Assembly (NCBI GenBank): GCA_036172245.1
Contig: JAYWIR010000017.1
Location: forward strand, 744,001-808,000
DNA: 64,000 nt
Direction of reading: 5' to 3'
Source of the DNA: Raillietiella orientalis
Lineage: Eukaryota
The position numbers and the translations under genes were made by a program. The notes below the pieces were generated by a model. It saw only the letters and a list, made by a program, of their open reading frames with translations, made no database searches and was not told the origin of the DNA. This document shows, in pieces, positions 13,897-24,209 of the stretch; the stretch's first letter is position 1; every line of letters starts with the position of its first letter.

Positions 13897-13974
13897 GGAC
13901 TCAATTTTTCTGCTAGTCAATCAGATAAACATTAGTAACAAGAATCAGCTATTCATTTTGGGGACAATAGAAAT

Positions 13975-14910
13975 CTATTCATTGTACCAATCCAGAAATA
14001 GTAAAGAAAAGGATAAGACAAGAAAAAAAAAAAGAATTTCTACACGAAACATAGCATCTTCTTTAATGGAATGGCGAATGTACTCGTTGCCATGTTGAAC
14101 GTTGGCCACTGTGCCCTGTACAACATGACTGATGTTGTGCACAGTGTGCTCTTGAATCAGAATGTTTTCAGTAAACATTTCTTGAAGTTCAGCTATTTCC
14201 ACTACACGGCCTTCAATCTGTTTCACTTCATCATGGAGGTTATGCAACTCCTGGTATAACTGTTGATTTTCTTGTTCCAGAATTTGCAATTCTTGTGAAT
14301 CCAAATCTAAAGGAATAGCTTTTGGATTCTCTTCTTCACTCCCACATAACTCTGTGGTTGTAAATTGCTGTGTTTCTTTAGTTTTTTTCTCTCCAGATAG
14401 AGCTAGCACTTCTGTATCTGGAAGTGCTAATCTGGAGTATATATGCTGATCAAGACGATGCTTCACTTCTGCTGCTTTCTGTTGAGAGTGTAGTTTACAC
14501 ACCACTTGTAGATACAATTCTACTATTTCCCAAATGGCAAGAACATGCATGCGAAACTGTTCATTTGTAAGTGACACAAGCGGAACTGATTGCCGCCATT
14601 CCTGAATCATTTGATGACATAACCTGATATTTTGCTCTGCTCTGCTGTTAATACATTCTCTATCCTTTTCATCAAGTTTGATTTCTTGATGTACTAGTTT
14701 ACTATTAATCAGGTATTCATGCTTATGTTCAACAAGAAAGTCCTTCAGTTTGGTAATCAAGTCGACTACTTCCTTCGCCTTCTGATGAATTGTGTGTGGC
14801 TGTTTCTGCTTAACAGTTTTAAAAGAATGATATGGGAAATCTTGGCCTAAGTTTCTTTTAACTATGCGAATGCTCTTCACAGATGCTTTGAACCAAAGCG
14901 TTATGTCCAT
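13975..14910 (-). CDS. STX18: Syntaxin-18 (ER Qa-SNARE), single coding exon, 311 aa
   Basis: N-terminal MDITLWFKASVK, LKDFLVEHKHEYL, SNARE helix EVKQIEGRVVEIAELQEMFTE, C-terminal TM anchor ILFFFLVLSFSLLFLDWY; uninterrupted ORF. Confidence 0.95.
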   Translation of the reverse strand: MDITLWFKASVKSIRIVKRNLGQDFPYHSFKTVKQKQPHTIHQKAKEVVDLITKLKDFLVEHKHEYLINSKLVHQEIKLDEKDRECINSRAEQNIRLCHQMIQEWRQSVPLVSLTNEQFRMHVLAIWEIVELYLQVVCKLHSQQKAAEVKHRLDQHIYSRLALPDTEVLALSGEKKTKETQQFTTTELCGSEEENPKAIPLDLDSQELQILEQENQQLYQELHNLHDEVKQIEGRVVEIAELQEMFTENILIQEHTVHNISHVVQGTVANVQHGNEYIRHSIKEDAMFRVEILFFFLVLSFSLLFLDWYNE

Positions 14911-14949
14911 ATTTCATGGTAGTGATTACTCTGATACAAACTTACACTG

Positions 14950-15132
14950 TTACAAATAACAATGTTACTACATTTTCCGGTATACGGAAACATGCCTCAG
15001 CTGCAATCGGCAATAGCTAACCGAACATGCACGCTGCCACCTACACGCATGCGTATGTGAGAACTTTAATGCGGAACTATGGACGACGATTTCATCCGTG
15101 TATCACTCTTTAAGGACTAAGTTAACGTAAGT
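14950..15132. promoter_or_regulatory. Putative bidirectional promoter between STX18 and hnRNP K, with a possible non-coding first exon ending at 15126
   Basis: Local CpG enrichment; inverted TTTCCG-n5-CGGAAA (14974-14990); perfect palindrome ACGCATGCGT (15045-15054, NRF1-like); consensus donor GTAAGT at 15127. Confidence 0.45.
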
Positions 15133-16479
15133 AAAATTAATGCTGCACTGTGTTAATGAACTTTCGGTTGCATTTATTGTTTCCATCTTAGTTCCAGGCA
15201 AATATGTCAAGATATGTAGTTTCAAAAATTGTCTCAAGTTCTTGTTTAACCCGTGTTATTTCATAATCTTAGTTGTGCAGAATTATTTTATTCATTGCAT
15301 TATTAGAATTTCATTGAATGTATCTTGGCTTTGTTTACGAAGTGCACTTTCCTGCAGCAGTTTCAAAATTATTTCCAAAGTCACACCGTACATTGTTAAT
15401 ATCAGCATGGATGAGCATGTTTTTACATTTTTTTTAAATATGTGTAAAGATTTTTGGAAAAGTGATTTCCATGTCATTTAAGTATATCAGTGTTTTCGAA
15501 ATAGCTGCAGCTTCGTAAAAGCTTATTTAGAGCTGTATTAGTATCAAGCAAATGTTGCTTCATATCATATGCAACCATTGCATATCGTCTTCATTTGATG
15601 TTCCTTTTCGATCAGTGATAGCGGCATCATTTCAAAATTCTGAAAACTTCATGTGCTCGAAATTGCTTTTTTTTTTGGTTGGGGAATCGGTTCTTGGTTG
15701 AAAGTATTTATTGTAAGTTATGAAGCATTTGGCTCCATTCATTAATCTGAATATTTAACGCCAATTACATGAAGCCACGTGATGATTCCGTGGTGACTTC
15801 GAAAAGTTACAAACAAACAAATGCTGTGAATTTACAGATATCCCGGCTTAAATTTATGGATATTCTGGAAGGCGTAAACGTTCGCACGAATATGCGCTGT
15901 CTTTATTACTGTTAAGTAAAGTTGTCTACTTGAACTTTTTCATACATCTTTCCCCGGAAAAAAAAAAAAAAAAAAACTCGTCAGCATATTAGTTAAGCAT
16001 AAAAGTTCTATTTAAACTTGAAACAAACTTTGGAGCTATTGTGATCTCTTCTATGTAAATCGATTTCCCGTTGTAACCGGAAATTTTGTGTACCTTATCA
16101 GTGTGAAAAGTCCATATGTTATGTATATTCTTATTGTAGACTGCCTTGAAAAAAAAATTTTTTTTTTTTACATAATTTGGTTATTTTAAGCTTAAATTAA
16201 ATTAATGATTTGTATCATGAATTTGTGTCTTTCTTTGCATCGAAAGATAGTTGCTCTGTTTGTTAGGCAGTTTACCAAGGCAACTGAAGTATCAAACACG
16301 GATGGAAGGCCCTTGGAAGTGTTACTTTAAAAAGCTGCAATAGAAGCTGAATATCGTATTACTTACGTTTTTTTTTAAAGTGGCTAGTAATTCTGTAAGA
16401 TAAATTAAAGGGTAATGTATTTTTTTAAATTCTTTCAATCATTGAAGAATAATTGCAATCGGTTCTAAAATGTTTAATG

Positions 16480-16630
16480 GCTGATGCTTTTCACATGCGT
16501 CGGAAGCCGCGTATTTTTCTGCGCCATCTGCTTTTCGCTTGTTAATCCTACATGACATTTCAATAATGCAAACATGGCGTCGGGGATCGATGTATGCGCA
16601 TAGTGAGTGTGCGTTGCGCATATGACTATT
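16480..16630 (+). promoter_or_regulatory. Possible alternative proximal promoter or 5' UTR exon of hnRNP K
   Basis: CpG-rich patch with YY1-type AACATGGCG (16571-16579), TGCGCA motifs and donor GTGAGT at 16603. Confidence 0.35.
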
Positions 16631-16952
16631 TGTGTTAGTGGCGTTGTCTAGCGTGTGCAGGAACGTTTTATTAAAAGTGTAGTTAAAACGTAAACATAAT
16701 TAGCTGTTGTATGGGTGTTCAGGTCAGCCAGTAAATTTCGTTTTTTCTTTTGTTCGTTTGAATGTGTCTCTCTCTCTCTCTGTTAATTTTCCCAGCCAAA
16801 AGTCTTTGGTTTTCTGTGCAGAATATCATGTCATGACATGTGAAAGAGATATTAAATGACGAGTTCACATAATTATTTAATATCTGCATTTAATTATAAT
16901 ATGATCTTCAGAAACCTATGTATTGCAAGTAAGATATTTATGATTTTAAGTT

Positions 16953-18720
16953 ATGAAGCGTGAAGAGGGCATTATAGTAAGTAGCCCAATGAAACGATCA
17001 CGAATGGATGCAGAAGGGAACGATACAGAACTTCGTTTGTTAATCCAAAGCAAAGTAAGTTACTTTATGTACATTGAAAAGGAAGGATGAGTTTGGGTGA
17101 TTCAGGCAGCTGGCTCAGTTATAGGAAAAGGCGGCCATAATATATCGAATTTGCGTAACGAGGTGAGCGTATTTTCAATTTTTGTTTTGTGCATTATATT
17201 GGGATTTGGGATTGTATTTGGGGATTTGGTTAAAGTTTGCCATTAACAGAGATCTCTTTCTTTCTTTCTCCTCCGGTCCCGTGCCGCCATGGGTTTGGGG
17301 TCCGCAATATTACCCTCCCGTTGCCCTGTCCCCCCACATAGTTTCAAGCAACCATTACAGTCCCAGACTGTGCAGGCCCCGAACGGTAAAGTTTTGCGTG
17401 CCCTCCTTTTTGGGGTGCCCCAATTGTTTATTTGCTGCTTTGGTGCAGCATCCCATACTAATTCTAGTTTGTATTGTAGAGTGCTGACTATTGCTCATCA
17501 GGATCAAGGCACTGTGCTGAAGGTTTTGGAAGCTCTGCTACCTCATATTGATGATGTGAGCTTAGGGGATGGAGTGTAGAATTAAGAGAAATTTGCTTCT
17601 TACAGTCTGCTTTTCAGGTTGGTAGGCGAGCAGAATCTCATGAACAGGAAGAAGGTGAAGTGCGCATGCTGGTTCACATGAGCCAAGCAGGTTGCATAAT
17701 AGGAAAGGCAGGTTTCAAGATTAAGGAATTGAGAGAGGTGGGTAAAGAGGATAGTGTGGTTTATTTAATTATGAGGGATGTTTAGTCTGGTGTGCAAATC
17801 AAAGTGTTCTCAGTGTGTTGCCCACGATCAACAGACAGAGTGGTTCAAGTGATGGGGAAGCATGTGTTACTTTTGGAATGCGTTAGGCAGATTCTCGATT
17901 TGCTGAAGGGGGCACCAATCAAAGGACTAAATGATCCTTATGATCCTCATAATTATGATGAATACTACAGTCATGATTATGGTGGATATGGAGACAGCTT
18001 GGGTTCTCGTGGGCTAAGGGGAAGCTCCCGTTCCTTGACTCCATCAACAGGTGGCCGCAACCACGTCTATGGTGCAGCTATGGGCAGCAGAGGGAGAGTA
18101 CCTCCGCCTTCCATGAGAGGCTATGGTAGCCCGGGAAGAGGTCATCCAGGTATGAGTCCTTCTCATGGGGAAAATGCTGCTCCATTGCCTCCTTGCCCTA
18201 CTCCTAATATGGATGGAAGAACAGGACCTGCTTCATTCTCTCAATTTGAGGAGATGGCCATGTCTCAAACAACTCAAGTCTCCATTCCTAAGGAGGTAAT
18301 TTTTTTCATAATAATGGTTTTTCATGTTTAATATTTGCAGCTGGCAGGGTCCATAATAGGCAAAGGAGGTGCTAGAATTCGAAAGATTCGCTCAGATTCA
18401 GGAGCAGGCATAACCATTGATGAAGCTCTTCCGGGCTCTAATGATCGGATTATTACTATCAATGGAACAGCTGCCCAGATTCACATGGCACAGTTTCTTC
18501 TCCAGCAGAGGTGAGAAGGGGAACTATTGGGGGTGGGAGCCATGGAATCTTCCTGCTGGAAGACTAGTGATTTTGTTGTTGGGAACTGGAGCAACAAAGA
18601 GTCACTAATCCTCCTCAGGTGGGTGCCTAGAACTTCTGGGATGGATCAAGAAAAAAAATATTGTCAGATCTGACCTTCATTTATTGCAGTGTGAGGGAGA
18701 ACTCCGGCCGGAAGTTTTGA
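16953..18720 (+). CDS. HNRNPK: Heterogeneous nuclear ribonucleoprotein K (three KH domains), about 373 aa
   Basis: KH1 [31 protein letters not shown]2 [26 protein letters not shown]; Arg/Gly/Pro-rich linker; KH3 [18 protein letters not shown]; end [10 protein letters not shown]. Exons 16953-17054, 17106-17162, 17342-17385, 17480-17555, 17606(or 17618)-17737, 17786-18295, 18341-18510, 18690-18720 (1122 nt). Confidence 0.93.
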
Positions 18721-19581
18721 AGTTTTTACACAGCAGCATTTTAGAAGCTTTTGTTAAGGGAATACATGCAGACTCTCAAGGAGTGTTATAAGGGGTAAAG
18801 GGGGATACTAAGATGAATAGCAGTACTACTTTAGCATGGGTTACACTGTGATTTCATTGTGCCAGTCCAGTGATTGATTTTAGTCATGAGCATCACTGCA
18901 GTAAAGCTGACACTTCACCAGTGCCACTAATTTGGGATTACCATTTGTATCACTACAATATACTTTGAAATGGTGTGAAAAACTGTGTACCTACCAAACA
19001 GTAGCATATTTTCTACCCATGCCATGCATAGATATATCTGTAGAAATCAGAATGAGAATTGGCATGCCTTAGAATTCCTGAATTTGTTTAGTATCCAAAT
19101 TCGTAAAGTCTATTCCTTGCATTTGCTATAATCATTCCTCTTGTACTGTGGTTTTTACTGTATGAACAGATATTTGGATATACACTGATCATATTCATCA
19201 ATCTTTATGTATAAAGGGTAATGTGTGTGTTTCATTGGTCCCACCCATGCTGCATATGAACGTAACGTTTTTTCTGCCTTTCTTTGTCATTAAAATTTAT
19301 TTCTGAATTTTCTGCATGCTTGTATCAACATGAACACAATTTTAGTTGAAAAACACACAAATTGACAAGTTGCACAAAGTATCCAAACCTTTGAAGTTCG
19401 TGATCAGTACTTTTTGGTAACCCTTGTTACTTGCACAAGGGTATCTGCAATAACTACCTTGGTGTGGCCAATGTTATGAAAGTTTATTACCTCGTATGTT
19501 CCCATGATTCAATCAGTGAATGATTTCTCATTTGAATTCTAAGCATTTGATGCTAACTAATTTTGGTATAACCGGATTTTG

Positions 19582-19587
19582 AATAAA
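19582..19587 (+). terminator. Candidate polyadenylation signal for hnRNP K
   Basis: AATAAA about 860 nt after the stop; an ATTAAA variant lies near 19289. Actual site usage unknown. Confidence 0.3.
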
Positions 19588-22500
19588 TAGGTTACATAAT
19601 TGTACCGTACAAGTAAAAAGTATAAGTTTTGTATTTTATGCTGGAGTACAAAAAAATGTGGACTTCATTGTAATGTCACATGTAATACGGAGTGCCCACA
19701 AAATAGTCGTATCTTGCTTCATACTGTAGTGCACGATCTTTATTGCGAAAGTGGAATTATCCCGAGTGTTCTACAGTGGTTAGGTAATTACTTGAGACAC
19801 CCAGAAATATTCATTAGAACAGTATTTTGAAGATTTACATTTTCTTTTTTTGCAGACAAATTACACATATAGTCACGTTATATTCGTCTGAGTCAGTTAT
19901 TGTAGGTATTTCAAGTAGGATAAGTAAAAGATTAAAACCTGATAAATAAATGCAAATCAGTTGTGCTTTATCTGGGTCAGAAGTTGAAAAATTAAGCTGT
20001 TAACTAAATCTTTTTAGTTCTTACAATATAGAGCTATAGTGAACTTTGAGGAAATTTCAAGTTTGTTCATGAATATCATCGTGTACCTTATGTGCTATTC
20101 CCACAGAAAGTTCACCCTACAACGAAATGCCAACGTGCTGCCAAAGATAGATTAGTTATTTCCGTGTGCACTTTTACCGGAATGAGAACTGATTCACCTT
20201 GACCATGAAAATCATATACATGGAACTAAAAAATGCATCTGTTGCTTCACGTACATGTAGCTTAGAGTAAAGTGATGAGATTTTCAGTGACAAGTGTAAT
20301 ACAATGAAGCCCATTGATTCACAAAGCGAATCCACGTCTTACAAGGTTACGAAAACATCATAACTTGTGTACCGTTCCGAGAATGTTAATGAAATTGGTC
20401 CCTTAGAATGAGAACAATATATGTATTTACTTGCATTGGGAGTAAAAAAATAATAGTTTACATTCAATCGTACTGTTACTTGATCAGAACTGAATTGAAG
20501 ATATATTACAACGAGATTCCTATAATAACTCCACAGTAAGTTGCATGTGACGTTTGCTATAATGTTTTCATTACTGCATCTTTTCCAATATGTTATGTGC
20601 AATAAATGTACCACTGAAAGTACGTGTTTTATTGTTACTCTTTCCGGTCGAAGTTCAGATATAGTTCATGTACAGGTTTGAGTTCTTGAACTTAAAAGGG
20701 TTTTTTTATTCGAAGAAAGCTCGAAACTTTTTGAGATTTCAATGATTTTTTCACAGCTGCAGAGTAATATGCAGCTGACAGTAGAGTATTTAATTCGATT
20801 CTGTAAAGAAGAATTTAACAGTATAGTAAAGATTAATATTGAAACTGTCGTTGCTCCGATATTCAATAGAAGGTAATGCTCGAATGAGTAAATATGTGCA
20901 ATCAAATTGATCAGGTTCGAAATGAACGGAACAGTTGTGATTTGATCTTAACTTCAGAAATCCACAGGTAAGTCTATAATTTAATCTTTTAAAGCAACAA
21001 GTCTGAAAAACAGTTCAATTTTTTTTAAATTTTCTCTCGAAATTATTGGTAAGCAGGTCGAAAAATGTTGAATTGTAACTTTTGATCTGATTCGTTAATT
21101 ATCAAGATATTCATGTGGAAGAAATCCTAAATGTCATTCATAAATTTTAGTAGTTTGTGTGTCATCTGGTCAACAGGATTTCTGTGATCAGAGAAATACG
21201 AGCGTGTGATTTCCAAGAATTGGAAGTTTGCCCTTTCTCTGACTAGTCATGTTTTCTTAGGATCCCTTCTATTGGTCTCCCAAATAAAAGAACCAGATGC
21301 CACATCCCGTGATGACTTAGCATGTTAACGAGTGTCATGCCATATGACTGTTATTCTTCATATTCTCTAGTTTCCTGGCTCAGGGCGGAGCCAGTTCCGC
21401 ACGTTTGTGGACTTTAGATGCAGTTCCACTTTTTGAGCTTCCTTATAAAAGCCTTTAACTTTGTGTTCGCTAAAAAGATCGAAAACGGTGCGAAAGCTTT
21501 CGTAACGATACCTTTCTTTCCAAGATCCACCTGGTTTGTTTCTACATTTACATGGGTGTTCTGTAAGTAGCTTCAGGAACTTTTTTGCAAAGACGGAGGA
21601 GGCCATCAGTAGCAGCATTCCTATTAAAAAAAAAAAAAAAAGTGCTTTCTCTTGTAACCATGATCTCTGTATGCAAAAAATTTGCTTTCAGATCAAGGAA
21701 CACAACATTGTTCCATTTTAATTAAATTGTGCAAAAGTTCTGCATGTTAGGGTATAGTTTGTGTCATTAACTTAAAACTACTTTTTATAATATTGCATTT
21801 GTATGAGGTACTTATCACTTTTGTCTCTGACGGTTCTTTCATGCTTGTTTCCCAAGCGTATTAGCTTGTCTGTCTTGTTTTTCTGTTCTATAATGTTTTC
21901 TGAACATTGAAGTGAAGCAGAGACAGAACTTTCGATGGGATATCTTTCTGAGCTAAACATTGAAATATCTAACAGTCAGTTCATGAGTTTAGAAATGAAC
22001 ATTTTAAGATATTTTGGATTCTGACAAAGTGTTCATGGTGCTTGGTGGACATGACTGATAGGTGCATCTTCAGTTCGTAATTCTTGGTCAGTTATCTAAA
22101 CTTGTACTTGAAATATATGAAAGCGTTTCATAAGGACAGTTTTACTATTGCACAAGCTTTGAAATGCAAATTAGATGTGAAAATCTGAAAAAGATCGTTG
22201 GTAATTTCTCCTTTATCTTTTCAGAAGAATAAAGAGTGAAATTGATGTTGCAGGGGTTTTTCAAGTATTTTTGTTTCTCTTCAGACAATCATAAAAAGTG
22301 ATTTAAGGAACTCGCGTTTAACCATGATTGACTTTTTACGTCATTTCATCATCTGGTCTTAAAGCCCACAGTTCGTTTGCATTGAATCATTCATACTTTT
22401 CTTGAGACGGTTACCAATTGCAGATTTCTATTAAATGATTCATTATCATTGCCGTTTTCCTTTCGCTTTAGAGGATTGCTGCCCAGGTGTGATGTAACTG

Positions 22501-24209
22501 ATGAACGAAGTTTGCAATGTGTATTTTAATATTTGTTATCGGCTCAGGGTTAAATACATTTTTAATTCAAATGATTTTATGATGATTTTATATGTCTAAA
22601 TCTATTTCGTGTTGTATCAGTTTTTCTTTACCTGTGCAGTATCGAATTGTCTCGCCATCCACCAAGTATTCTGTTTGTTTGCGTCATGGACAGTCGTAAT
22701 TGTAAGTTATTCGGTTTTTGATCTGGGCTTGGGATTGAGATTTTGAAAGGCCGTTTAAAAGTCAGTATTCGCCAATAACCGAAAAATAGTGTTTACAGTT
22801 TTTGAGTGTTTACAGATTAGTTGGCAACTTGGTATGTGCGTGTGCGCATGTGTGCAGTTTTTCTTAGGTTTGTGGTATCCCATTTGGTACGCACCGTTCG
22901 TTGTCTTCCCAAGTGTGAAAAGAGATACAGTTCTAGAAATATAATTCATAATTATTTATGTTAATCTTTGCTACTAAATTCAAATTATTTATTTGATTAA
23001 ATCGTAATTGTGTTTGCATTGGCAAATTTCCTTAATATTTATAATTCTAATTTCATTGTGTATTTAGCCTAATAGTTTAGACATTGTATTTGAAGGAAAT
23101 TGATTTCATAAGCTTCCTGTTGCTTGTTTGTGTGAAAGGTAAATTTTGTTATTATTAGTTGACGTTCTGACAGGACATGCACTTTAATTTTACCGTAGTT
23201 AATTTTTATTCTCAACCTGTTTCCAACTGTAACAGTGAGTGGTAGTTTTAATATGATACTGTTATTAATTACAGCATCGCATTTTCCATTGCATCCTGAA
23301 TTACTTTTTAGAAGCATTAAACTTAAGTATATTTTTGGTAAATAAAATCCAAATAAATTTTAGAGGATTTTTCATACGTGTCTTGTTTTTGGAATAAAAA
23401 ATTGATCATTATTATATGTTTTGATGGAGAACACAATTATCTTATATCAGGAACATTCTATAAGAATAGAGCAGCATAAAAGTGTAAACTTACTTCATTT
23501 TGAAGAAATGAAATCTTTCTAACCAAAAGTTGAAGAAACAGCTCCGAATACATGAAAAAATAAGGCACTTAGTTTATCCTCAAGCAAAATTTATTTTGAA
23601 AAGTTCTAGTCAGATAATCGAAATGTTACCTATCAGTGATTTGAGTGGGCTTATCTGCTTGATGGCACGAAAATTTTGTGGAAAGAACCCAAAGGATTAT
23701 GAAAGAAGGTTATCATCAGCTCTTTCATGTAGTGGAAAGTGTAGGATGGTATCTTTTTGTGTGAAATATGGTCTTCATTCTCTCTTGTTTCATGGGTTGA
23801 CAAGTTTTTCACATATACATGAAACCATTACATTGTTCAGACTACACATAAGCTTACAGTTCTGTTTTTAAGTTTGTGTTCCCTCATATGTTACTGAATA
23901 CATAAACAACAAATAAACACGAAATTTACAACTACAACAGCAAACTACGTACATCCAATATATATTTTAATCCTATTAGCAAATGTATACCCATCTATTG
24001 TTTGTTTTTCTGAATCTTGTGTTTAGGAGTTTGCAAATTTCATGTTTCATATCATATGAGCATCTGTTGATATGCAAGACATATAATTTGTTTTTAGCAA
24101 AGAAATCCCAATGTATATCCTACCTGATAGCAACAGAATATAAATAAACTTTAAGAATAACAACTTTATTAGCAACAGATAATGGTGGGTCACTCGGGTA
24201 ATAAATAGA

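Noticed and set aside
14929..14945. GTAAGT donor in the STX18 5' region (minus strand)
   Set aside because: The nearest AGs before the ATG give only 15-17 nt, too short for an intron.
16929..16950. GTAAG...AG segment just before the hnRNP K ATG
   Set aside because: Only 22 nt, well below the 38-nt minimum supported elsewhere in the window.
21250..21460. Acceptor-like sites downstream of hnRNP K as alternative last exons
   Set aside because: Only generic pyrimidine-AG signals in AT-rich DNA; the peptide is not recognisable.
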